Positions 30,687-40,268 of a stretch of DNA of 64,000 nucleotides are shown one piece after another. Location of the stretch: contig CP060754.1 in NCBI GenBank assembly GCA_023205875.1, forward strand, positions 62,001 to 126,000, written 5' to 3'. Position 1 is the first letter of the stretch; each line of letters begins with the position of its first letter. The position numbers and the translations under genes were made by a program. The notes under the pieces were generated by a model. The model searched no databases. It saw nothing but the letters and a program-made list of their open reading frames with translations, and had not been told where the DNA came from. Source of the stretch: Chloropicon primus (Eukaryota).

Positions 30687-31610
30687 ATGACGAGCATGGG
30701 AATGAAGTGCAACGTGAGGGGAGCCCGCGCGGCCGCCAAGCAGAGGAGCGCGAGGGTGCAGTGCAGAGCCACCGCGCAGAGCAACAAGAGCGCCGTGATG
30801 GACAAGGTGAAGGATGCCAGCAAGATCGCGGCCGCGATCTCGGCCTCCGTCCTCGTCGCCGGGAGCAGCGTCCCTAGCGCCCAGGCCCTGACCTTCGCCG
30901 AGAAGCAGGCCCTGACGTACCTGCAGGTCAAGGGCAGCGGGTTGGCCAACACCTGCCCCGTGTTGGACGACGGCGTGAGCGACCTCAAGGCCCTCAAGGC
31001 CGGGGACTACAGCATCAGCAAGTTCTGCCTGGAGCCAACGAGCTTCGAGGTCAAGGACGAGGCCGTTGCCAAGGGCAAGGACGCGGACTTCGTCCCGACC
31101 AAGCTCATGACCCGCCTGACCTACACCCTCGACGAGATCAGCGGAAAGTTTAAGGTCGGAAGCGACGGCAGCGTCGAGCTCAAGGAGGAGGACGGCATCG
31201 ACTACGCCGCCACCACCGTCCAGCTCCCAGGGGGTGAGAGGGTTCCTTTCCTCTTCACGGTCAAGGAGCTCGTTGCCAAGGGCAACTTGGGTCAGTTCGG
31301 AGGTGACTTCATCGTCCCCTCGTACAGAGGTTCGTCCTTCTTGGACCCCAAGGGAAGGGGTGCCACCACCGGATACGACACCGCTGTCGCCCTCCCAGCC
31401 GCGGGAGACTCCGAGGAGCTCGAGAAGGAGAACTCCAAGTCTACCAAGGTCCTCAAGGGAAGCATCGTCTTTAGCACCGCCTCCATCAACAACGAGACTG
31501 GGGAGATTGCCGGAGTCTTCGAGAGCATCCAGCCCTCGGACACCGACTTGGGAGCCAAGGCACCAAAGGACATTAAGATCACAGGCTTGTGGTACGGACA
31601 GCTGAGCTAA
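30687..31610 (+). CDS. psbO: Photosystem II oxygen-evolving enhancer protein 1 (33 kDa)
   Basis: Bipartite transit peptide ending [75 protein letters not shown]. Likely 5'UTR intron donor AG|GTAAGC at 30453. Confidence 0.99.
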   Translation: MTSMGMKCNVRGARAAAKQRSARVQCRATAQSNKSAVMDKVKDASKIAAAISASVLVAGSSVPSAQALTFAEKQALTYLQVKGSGLANTCPVLDDGVSDLKALKAGDYSISKFCLEPTSFEVKDEAVAKGKDADFVPTKLMTRLTYTLDEISGKFKVGSDGSVELKEEDGIDYAATTVQLPGGERVPFLFTVKELVAKGNLGQFGGDFIVPSYRGSSFLDPKGRGATTGYDTAVALPAAGDSEELEKENSKSTKVLKGSIVFSTASINNETGEIAGVFESIQPSDTDLGAKAPKDIKITGLWYGQLS

Positions 31611-31836
31611 GAGACCAAGTGCGCGAACGGCTAAGAAAAAAAAAAACTCTCTTTTGTGGATCAAAAAAACACGAAGCGGGCCAGACATTCTGGGTTCGCT
31701 TCTTTAAAACCATAGTGATTTGACTAAATCAATTTTATCAACTTTCCATTGGTGATGATGATTGAGAATGTTACAGGGGTGTTGCTCTCTTCTTACTAGG
31801 GGGCCGGGCCGACCTCGCTCTTCGCTCACTCTCTCT

Positions 31837-33962
31837 TTAAGAGACGGGCTCGACCCCGTCGATCGTCACGTTGAAGGACCTCTTGAGCATGGTCCTCTCC
31901 GGGTCTTCCGTGTCGTAAGTGCCGGGCCCGGGCGCCAGGGTCGTCATGTTGTTGAACCTCGTGGCGGAGGACACGAAGAAGCTCCTGTTCTTGTTGAGCC
32001 CCAAGAACTTCTTGTGCAGGATGTCCTTCCCCGTGTCGTACGATCCAGGACCTGGGTCCGAGCTGGCCTGCTTCATGTTCTCGCTCGTCGTGAACCTCTT
32101 CGCCTTGGAGATGAAAGCCTTGTTGGCCACCCCAGACCTCGGGTTCTTCTTGGCCCAGTCCCAAGGGTCGATCGTGGAGTAGGCCCCAGGCGGAGGGGTA
32201 GAGTGAACCAAATCAGAATAGTGTTCCGTCTCGCCTCCGTTGCTGGCCTCCTCGCCCTGGCGCTTGGTGTTCGATCCCTGCGACTTCTTCGCATTCTCCC
32301 GGTTCGGCTTGAACCGGTGCACGTTCGAAGCAAAACTCGAGGTCGCCTTCTTCTGCCCCTTTTGCATCTTTATGGCCATCTCTCTCGGGGCGTCTGGAAT
32401 GTACTGCCCTGGCCCAGGGGACTCGTCGTTTCCCATGTAAAGGTAGCTCGAGCTAGACTTCGTGGAAACGAACCTCTGGGTGGAGCAACCGAAGGCCCCA
32501 TTCCTGGCCACGATCTTTCTGCTCAGCTCTCCGACGAAGCCCTCCCCCGATTCCGAGTAGTAGGCCCCTGGCCCCGGGGCCTCCGAGCTCGTGCTGCCAA
32601 ACCTGATGGAGGAGCTCGCGAAGGGCGCTGGCTCCACCAGGGACACCTGCTGCACAATGTTCACCGAGGACCTCGTGTTCACGTCGTAGGCTCCCGGTCC
32701 GGGGGTGGTGGTGAACGTCGGGGCGGCGTACTGGGTCGTGGTCTCCACCTCGTAGGGTCGCTTGGCCATGCTACCAAAGTTCTGCATGGTGGAACCAGTC
32801 TTCTTCCCAGACGAGTTTGCGTGCTTCTTCGAATGGTACGACCCAGGCCCGGGCGTAGCGTTCTCGGCCTTCTCTCCCGGCATGCGAGGAACCTTGCTGG
32901 CGAAATTGCTCGACTCTTGCGCAGCGAAGTTCTTCTTCATCCTTCGCATGGCGCCGTTGTGGTAGGCCTGGGTATCCACGTTGGAGGCCAAGGCTTGCTT
33001 GCTCGCTCCACCGTCTTGGCTGCCCTTGCTCTGCTCGGCGGCGCTCCTCGCCTCGCTGAGCTGGTACTGGCCAGGTCCAGGAGTCTTCTTTGGCTTGAAG
33101 ATTTCCCTCTTCGTGCTCGAGCGAGAGAAGTCCGTCAACCGGTGTCGGTGCTGCAACGTGAATTGCGGGTTGTAGTCCGCTGGCCCCACGGCATCCGTGC
33201 GGTGGCCGGTGTACTGCCCCCCGGGAGGAGCCTGGCGCACCAGGTCGCCGCCTTCGCCAACCTCGTAGCCGTAGCACTGGTTTCTTGCCGGAACGCTAGG
33301 TGCCGTGGTCTGCTTCTGAAAGATGACCTGAGGACCGCCGCTCTCCGCCAAGCCCAAAGATCCTAGAAAGACGCACGCACGAGACGAGACAAGACGAGAC
33401 GAGAGAGAGAGAAGAATGTCAGTGCTCGAGCTCACAAGACCATCGACGCGTGCACAGAGACACACAGAGACACAGAGAGAGAGAGAGAGAGACACGCAAA
33501 AGACATTTGTTCTTTGTTCCCCAATTCAACGTTGTTGCCTGCGCGAGCCTCTTTCTCTCTCGGCGGAGCGTCTGGTCTTTCTCGCTTACCTCTCTGGTGG
33601 GAGTTCTTCAACCACTTGTTCGATTCGCTGTAGGTCCCCGGCCCCGGTGTCTGCTTGGTCCCAGCTGCGTTCTCCTTGGCGAACCTGGAGACTCTGCTGA
33701 CAAAGGCGTTGCTGCTGGCCTTCCTCCTCATGCTCGGCGATATGACGTCCTTCTCGTAAAACCCCGGTCCCGGCTTCCCGTCCGTGACCTCGTAGGAGTT
33801 GAGGCCCCTCTCCGCCGTGGAGCTGAAGGGGGCATACCCGTGGTCGGTGTTGTACTTGTCAATGTTAATATAACTCCCTGGTCCCACGAGAGGCAAGGTT
33901 GCCACCTTGTTTTGCTCCGTCAGCCCCTTGGTCTCTCTCTTGGATCGGCTCACGAACGCCAT
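31837..33962 (-). CDS. Sperm-tail PG-rich (SHIPPO) repeat protein, STPG2-like; exons 33962-33590 and 33362-31837
   Basis: More than 10 PGPGxY/VGPxxY repeats with FxSxxxRF linkers; N-terminal MAFVSRSKR; SVPARNQCYGYE. Intron 33589-33363 (GTAAGC...TAG, phase 1). Confidence 0.85.
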
Positions 33963-34179
33963 CCTTTCTGTTTTGTTTCTTTCTGTTTTGTGTTTTGTTT
34001 TTTCTTGTTCTTTGTCTGGTCGCTGTTCCCCCCTGCAGGGCTCCCTCCCCGTCCTCGGTGTTCCAAGACTCCCCTCCTTCAAGACCCCCCCGCCTGGTCA
34101 AAGGAAATGTCGCCCAGGAAAGAAGAAGGCCAAGAGGGGAGGGGGAGAAGATCTTCTTCTTCTTCACGAGGGAGTGGGG

Positions 34180-35481
34180 ATGGTGGCGGTGGCGAGGACG
34201 ACGACTGGGTCGGTGAGCGTGGTGGGGAGGGCGGGGCCGAGGGGAGCGGCGAGGGGGGTGGGAAGGCAAGGGAGGAGGAGGCTTGAGGTGGCCTGCAGGA
34301 CCGCGGCGGAGAAAAGGATCGAGGCGAAGCGGGGCCAGAACGCCCTCGGGGGGAAGGCGAGGAAGGGAGACTCCCTGGGCAGAGGCCGGAGGAGTTCGAC
34401 GGGGAGGGACAAGGTGGACGGCGGGAGGCGGCCGGCGGAATCCAGGGGAGGGAGCTCTGCGATCAAGAAGGCCGGAGGTCAGGGGGGTCCTCCTGCCAAG
34501 GAACCCAAGACCCAGCAGGCCAACCCGGCGGCCTCTCCCAGCAAGAAGGCCAAGGCGGAGGCGCCCACGGCCCAATCAGCCTCGACGAGCTCGAGGTCAA
34601 AGGGCCTGCGGTTCGAGAGAGACTTCGGCTTCGGGGAGCAAGGCCCCCACGTGGAGAAGTTGCAGAGGCTCCTGTTGGCGGAGAACTACTTGCGGTCGGG
34701 CGAACAGGTGACGGGCTACTTTGGGCGCGACACCAAGGAGGCCCTGACGTCGTGGCAGAAGGCGAACAAGGTCATGCCCTCTGGGTACTTTGGCCCCGTC
34801 TCCCGATCCCTGGTCAACAAGCAGGGGACGGCGACGCGAGCCAAGCAGCAGGTCGCCGTCAGCCTTCGGTTGAAGCCCGTGAGCACCGTGGCCACGGGCG
34901 TGGCGGCAGTCGGGGCGATCGCCGTGGGTTTGATGTACCTAAAGCAGGCGGTCCTCAAGCCCGAGAGCGGCGCCGGCGCAAGCGCGGGCGCGAGCTCCTC
35001 TGGAAACGTGTACGGGGAGGCTCAAGGAGCAGTGGAGGAGGAGGCGCACCCCAGGGGGCTCGGCATCGGGGGCTTGGCGTCGGGCGTCTTGGGCGTCGGT
35101 TCCGCCCTCACCGCGCTCGCCCGGGACGCGGTGACCGGTGGCTCCGCCGGTGGCCCGGGGGAGCAGCAGGCCGCGCCCGGAGGATACGCCAAGGACGTTA
35201 GCGTGGGGTACCAGATCGGAGGTCAGATCGAGGGCTCGCCGGGCTCGGGGTCGGGGGAGGAGTACACGAGGCGGGTGGAGCTGAGGAGGAACATAGCAAG
35301 CCTGCAGAATGCCCTCGGGCACACGGAGACCCAGCTGAACAACGCGATGAGGGAGCTTCGGAGAGAGAAGGAGAGGGCGGACAGGGCGGAGTCCCTGTAC
35401 CTGAAGCAGAAGTCCACCCTGCAACTCCTGGAACTCGAGAACCAGCAGCTCAAGACGGAACTCAGACCCTTCAGAAGGTAG
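34180..35481 (+). CDS. Putative plastid protein with a peptidoglycan-binding-like domain, a TM segment and a C-terminal coiled coil
   Basis: Transit-peptide-like N-terminus; PG_binding_1-like GEQGPHVEKLQRLL...TGYFGRDTKEALTSWQKANKVMPSGYFGPVSR; hydrophobic TGVAAVGAIAVGLMYL; heptad-rich C-terminus. Confidence 0.75.
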   Translation: MVAVARTTTGSVSVVGRAGPRGAARGVGRQGRRRLEVACRTAAEKRIEAKRGQNALGGKARKGDSLGRGRRSSTGRDKVDGGRRPAESRGGSSAIKKAGGQGGPPAKEPKTQQANPAASPSKKAKAEAPTAQSASTSSRSKGLRFERDFGFGEQGPHVEKLQRLLLAENYLRSGEQVTGYFGRDTKEALTSWQKANKVMPSGYFGPVSRSLVNKQGTATRAKQQVAVSLRLKPVSTVATGVAAVGAIAVGLMYLKQAVLKPESGAGASAGASSSGNVYGEAQGAVEEEAHPRGLGIGGLASGVLGVGSALTALARDAVTGGSAGGPGEQQAAPGGYAKDVSVGYQIGGQIEGSPGSGSGEEYTRRVELRRNIASLQNALGHTETQLNNAMRELRREKERADRAESLYLKQKSTLQLLELENQQLKTELRPFRR

Positions 35482-35735
35482 AGAGGAGAGGGAGCAGCGG
35501 CCGCGAGGGCAGTCCGACCACACAAGGGCGGCTCCGTTCCAGCACATTGCCTTGTCTCGACTTGACTTGACTCGTGTTCATCAAACTTAAGAAAGCCGAA
35601 GTATTTTTTTGTACTTTTGAGTGTCCAAAATAGAATTTTGTTTCTCCCGCCTTTGGGTTACTATAAGCTGTCTCCTCTCACACGGAAAGGAAAGAGGAAA
35701 AGGGAGGAGAGCGCGAGCGCGCGAGGACGAGGGAG

Positions 35736-37082
35736 ATGATGGCGGAGAGGGGGACGTCGGGGCCGCACAGCTGGGTGAGATACCAGCGCGGGCCCGTCGG
35801 ATCGACCCCGTCGAACAACCGAGGGTCCTCCAAGATCGCTACCGCACAATCCAAGATAAGGCATCTCATGTGCGAATTGAACGAGCTGAACGAGGTTTTG
35901 AATGCGTCCTCGGGCGCCAGCACCCCCGTCGGGCCGCGGCAGACGAAGGAGGCGATCGCGCAGAACCCGGCAAGCGACGGGAAGAAGAACAGGATCAGCC
36001 CCGTCCTCCTTTCGAGGAACTTGAATGTCATTCAATCTGCCTTGCGCAGGAACACAGGAGCAAAGCCCATACTTCGGACGCCTCCTGTGACAGGTCCCAA
36101 GGCCTTCAGTCCACCGGGTTCAGGGGGATCGGCGAGCCACAGCAGCGGCGGCGGCGGATCGAGCGCGGCCTCCACGCCGCTCCGGCCCCACTCGTCTCCG
36201 GACTACTTGGGCCTGAGGCGCGAGAAGGCCCTGGCCGAGGCGGAGGTCGAAAAGCTGCGAGCCGAGAAGGACTTCCTTCGAAAGCAGTTCAAGTTGCAGA
36301 AGCTGGACAAGGACGAGGCCCTGGCCTCGTACAGGGAGCTCAAAGCGAGGAACGAGGAGGCTAACTGCCTCAACGACCGGTTGCGCTCGGCCTGCCAGGC
36401 GGGCGAGAAGAAGTGCAAGGCCTTGTCGAACAGACTCTCGGTCAGCGAGCGGTCCTTCAACCTGATGAAGGACAAGTACAAGCAAGTGAACAAGGAGGCA
36501 ATCGACTTGACCTTCAGTCTGGAGAACCTCAAGCAGGACTACGCGTACACGTACCAAGCTGTGGACAACGGCACGGTCAGCGTGCTGGTCGCCGCGCAGG
36601 AGACTATCAAGTCGTACGCGGAAAGGGAGAAGGACCTCGTCAGGGTTGCAGAGGAGTCCCAGGACGCTATGGAGGATTTGGAGCTGCAAATCGTCCTCCT
36701 GAGTGAGGTGCTCAAGGTTAACATGGGGGAGAAGGGCGCAGAACTCGCGATTCTCAGGGAACAGAACAAGAAGCTTGAGGAGGAAAACGAGCGACTGAGA
36801 GCGGAGGCCGAGGCCAGTGCCGGCACGTCAGATCTCCAGCAGAGGGTCTCCGATCTGGAGCGTCAGCTCGAGTCGAAAAACGACGAGCTCGGTCGCCTCG
36901 AGGACAACATTCAGACCAAGGTGCGTCTGCTCACGGAATGTTTCGAGGAGAAGAGGGACCAAATACAAAAAGAGGTCGCCTACACCTCGAACCACAACGC
37001 GAAACTTGTGGCTGAGCTCAAAGCCAAGGACAAGGAGATCAAAGATCTCAAGGCCAAGCTCAGCAAGCGATGGAACCGGTGA
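35736..37082 (+). CDS. Coiled-coil protein of unknown function
   Basis: 448-aa ORF with genome-typical codon usage; disordered S/P-rich N-terminus followed by long E/K/L heptads. Confidence 0.7.
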   Translation: MMAERGTSGPHSWVRYQRGPVGSTPSNNRGSSKIATAQSKIRHLMCELNELNEVLNASSGASTPVGPRQTKEAIAQNPASDGKKNRISPVLLSRNLNVIQSALRRNTGAKPILRTPPVTGPKAFSPPGSGGSASHSSGGGGSSAASTPLRPHSSPDYLGLRREKALAEAEVEKLRAEKDFLRKQFKLQKLDKDEALASYRELKARNEEANCLNDRLRSACQAGEKKCKALSNRLSVSERSFNLMKDKYKQVNKEAIDLTFSLENLKQDYAYTYQAVDNGTVSVLVAAQETIKSYAEREKDLVRVAEESQDAMEDLELQIVLLSEVLKVNMGEKGAELAILREQNKKLEEENERLRAEAEASAGTSDLQQRVSDLERQLESKNDELGRLEDNIQTKVRLLTECFEEKRDQIQKEVAYTSNHNAKLVAELKAKDKEIKDLKAKLSKRWNR

Positions 37083-37275
37083 GCACGGCTTGGCTTGGCT
37101 GGGGAGGTTTACCAAACGCCTTCCTCGTCGGCCCAGACATTATTGATTGTACCACTACGCATACTCGTTGATCTTTGTTGTTGAAATAAATCAGTTTTGA
37201 CTCCAAGACATCTACAATCTCCCTCCCTCTTTCCTTCGCGCCATTTCCCATTGCCTTGACAGATAGCTCTCGACC

Positions 37276-40239
37276 ATGGCGGAGGGGACCAGCGTGAGTG
37301 CGCGGGTGCTGTACTCCAAGGACCCAGCGCACAAGAAGAGGAAGAGGTGGAAGGACGGGTTCCTGGTGGGAAGGCACGTGGGCGGTGACCGCGTCAACCT
37401 CAAGCTCCTCGACGAGACCGGCGTCGCCCTCTGCTCGAGGTCGGGTCTGAGGTGCCCCACGCGAGACGACCTGTGCGAGGACGAAGGGGTGGTCAGCAAG
37501 AGCTTCGGGTCGGGAGGGTTTCAGCTCCAGTTCGACGACTTTTGTGACCTCGAGGACGTCCCCGGGGCCAATGGCGCGGGCGCCGAGGGGGAGGAAGGGC
37601 AGGAGGTGGGGGTCCGGGGAGGGGGAAAGAAGACTGGACCGTACACGAACATGTATCAGAGGCGAGGTGCCGGGGCGGAGAACCTTCCGCCTGCAGCGGA
37701 CTCGCCAAAGGCACCGCAGGCCGTCCTTCTCGTCCAGAGGAAGGTCTTCAACAGGCCCAGGCAAGTGACCCAAGCAAAATCTGCCTTGAGCGAGAGGCGC
37801 GGAGTAGTGGGGCCAGGCCCGCCGAGCGGGGAGAGGGTCCCGGCAACTCTGGGGCGCTCCGCAACCGCCGAGGACGAGATTTTGGCACTCTTTCAGAGCA
37901 GTGGGGCATACCAGCCGCCACAGAGCCTGGCACAATCACAGAGATCAAACGACTCCCTGCAAGAACTCGTTTACAATCAGTACGAGGACGGGGTCGGAGG
38001 GGCGCACCACGTTCGCGGTCGTCGCCAGGTGAGGGAAGGCGGGGGGAGGGGCGGAGGCGATCGCAACGCCGAAAGGGGAGCATTCTCGGCCTACGCGGCG
38101 TCCGCTGGAGCTTCGAGCGGCGTCGGTGTCTCGGACTGGTCCACGAAGAAGCCCAAGTTGGCACAGAAATCATTCCAGGCTCCGAGGGTTGCCGGCAACG
38201 GCAATCCAGACCTTGGGGACGCGATGCCAGGACCGAGCCAGCCTGTGGGCAGAATCGCGAGCGTGGCAGCTTGCAGTCCTTTCTCTGGTCTGACATTTCA
38301 GGTGCTGAAGGATCGGCTGGTTGTTCCCACAAAGTTCGCTGGCGTCGCAGAGTACAAGAGAATCTGGATGGCCGCCCTCGTGGAAGAGGTTCAGCTGCAG
38401 TTGGGCGAGGTGAAAAATAAGCTACAGAACTTCAGCAAGTACGGCAAGGGCAAAAAGCCGTCCTGGATGGGTGTATGCAGAATAGCAAAGTATGAGAAAA
38501 AGCCAAGACCTGGAGAGGAGAGGGAGCCCCCCAAATATTTCATGATCTTTGACAAGAAGCCTTTCACGAAAGGCTGCGCCATGATGGACATGTGGATCCT
38601 AGGATCAGACTACGAGTCTTTGTGCACTTCACAGAAGCACGGGCTCCTTGTGAAATCTCTGTGGCATGGGCCGAGCTCGGACGACAAGCTTCAGATTGAG
38701 CCCCTGGGCAAGTTGCCGCCTCTTCACGACCAGCAATGGATTGCGATTCGTGGGCCAAACTTGCAATCAGAAGTCCAGATGATCGAGCTCTTCGACAAAT
38801 TGGAAGACCGCACATCTCCGCTCTTGAAGAACGTCATGGGAGGGACCGATGCGGAAGAGGCCAGCGCGTCAGGCCCTGCCGCGGAGCTCCCTGAAAGCTT
38901 TGCGGAGCTCTTCAATTTGAACAATTCTCAAGTCAGCTTCCTCAAGACTGCCTGGGCCAAGGCAACCAAGAAATCCAGCACGGAGACGATTTCGATTTTA
39001 CATGGACCCTTTGGCTCAGGAAAAACGACGGTGATCGTTGCCCTCGTGATCTTGCTGGTGAAGTATTCCAGCGAGCAGGTGAATGTGCTGATATCCGCGA
39101 ACACCAATGTCGCGGTGGACCATATCCTGAACGGGCTGATCAGGAAGGGCTTTGAAGATCTCGGGCGCATAGGATCAGTGCGAAAAATCGATCCAAAGCT
39201 TTTGAAGTACACCATTCACTCAAAGTTAGATTCAAGGAAAGAGGTCATGAAGGAACTGAAGGAGATGATAAAGGTGGCTTTGCCGTCAGACAGAGCATTT
39301 TATGAGGAAGAGCTCAGAGTTCTGCAAAACAAGACAAAAACAAAGAATCTCGAGAGCCTTAGCTGTGCCAGGGTTGTGGGGGTAACGTGCCATAGCTCGA
39401 CAAATTCTCTGCTGGATGATCGTAAGTTTGACATCGTTATCCTTGACGAGTGCTCACAGATCATAGAGCCGTTAAGCATGGTCCCCATTCTCAGGAGCAA
39501 GGCAAGCCACCTGATTGCTGTTGGCGACCCACACCAGCTGCCGCCTGTTGTGGCATCACCAGCGAGGTCCAGGAGTGGTGGCCCTACAATCTTCCGGCCT
39601 CTCTTCTCAAGACTTTTGCAGCTAGGCTACCCCTCCACGCTGCTTGACACGCAATACCGATGCCATCCTTGCCTCGGCAATCTGGCCAACATTTTATTCT
39701 ATGGTGGCAGATTGAAGAACGGCTGTTCTGAGGAGGACAGACAAAGCATGATCCCTGGGTGCCACCCTTTGGTCCTCTGTGACTGCAAGGGGAAAGATGA
39801 GTATCACCAAGGTGGAATTTTCAACGTCAAGGAAGCGAAGCTTTGCGTAGACATCTTTGAGAAGGTGGTGGGCTGGGGGATTCCGACACAGGAGATCGGC
39901 ATTCTCTGCTTCTACAGAGAGCAGGTCAACAGGGTGAGGCAACTGATTGAGGGCAAAGGGAACCAGGCAGCCTGTTTGATCGGAACAGTAGACTCTTTCC
40001 AGGGTAACGAGAAAAGCGTTATCATTCTCACGACGTGTAGCCCCCAGGGCGCCAGGCAGTCGAAGTTCTGCGCTGATGCGAATCGACTTAACGTCTCCCT
40101 CACAAGGGCAACCCACCACTTGATCATAGTCGGGTCCCGGAATGTGCTGTCATCTCAGAAGACTTGGTCGACCATCATATCCAGGGCACAGGTATTTGCA
40201 CCAGGCGAGCCCTTCCCGGTTTGTACGGAGGGAGTTTGA
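37276..40239 (+). CDS. ZGRF1: ZGRF1-like protein: N-terminal DUF2439 plus UPF1-like SF1 helicase
   Basis: VLYSKDPAHKKRKRWKDGFL (DUF2439); HGPFGSGKT, SANTNVAVD, LDECSQ, VGDPHQLPP, QYRCHP, TVDSFQGNEK, RLNVSLTRA. Confidence 0.85.
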   Translation: MAEGTSVSARVLYSKDPAHKKRKRWKDGFLVGRHVGGDRVNLKLLDETGVALCSRSGLRCPTRDDLCEDEGVVSKSFGSGGFQLQFDDFCDLEDVPGANGAGAEGEEGQEVGVRGGGKKTGPYTNMYQRRGAGAENLPPAADSPKAPQAVLLVQRKVFNRPRQVTQAKSALSERRGVVGPGPPSGERVPATLGRSATAEDEILALFQSSGAYQPPQSLAQSQRSNDSLQELVYNQYEDGVGGAHHVRGRRQVREGGGRGGGDRNAERGAFSAYAASAGASSGVGVSDWSTKKPKLAQKSFQAPRVAGNGNPDLGDAMPGPSQPVGRIASVAACSPFSGLTFQVLKDRLVVPTKFAGVAEYKRIWMAALVEEVQLQLGEVKNKLQNFSKYGKGKKPSWMGVCRIAKYEKKPRPGEEREPPKYFMIFDKKPFTKGCAMMDMWILGSDYESLCTSQKHGLLVKSLWHGPSSDDKLQIEPLGKLPPLHDQQWIAIRGPNLQSEVQMIELFDKLEDRTSPLLKNVMGGTDAEEASASGPAAELPESFAELFNLNNSQVSFLKTAWAKATKKSSTETISILHGPFGSGKTTVIVALVILLVKYSSEQVNVLISANTNVAVDHILNGLIRKGFEDLGRIGSVRKIDPKLLKYTIHSKLDSRKEVMKELKEMIKVALPSDRAFYEEELRVLQNKTKTKNLESLSCARVVGVTCHSSTNSLLDDRKFDIVILDECSQIIEPLSMVPILRSKASHLIAVGDPHQLPPVVASPARSRSGGPTIFRPLFSRLLQLGYPSTLLDTQYRCHPCLGNLANILFYGGRLKNGCSEEDRQSMIPGCHPLVLCDCKGKDEYHQGGIFNVKEAKLCVDIFEKVVGWGIPTQEIGILCFYREQVNRVRQLIEGKGNQAACLIGTVDSFQGNEKSVIILTTCSPQGARQSKFCADANRLNVSLTRATHHLIIVGSRNVLSSQKTWSTIISRAQVFAPGEPFPVCTEGV

Positions 40240-40268
40240 ATTTTGTAAGAAAGGATGGATCATCACAA

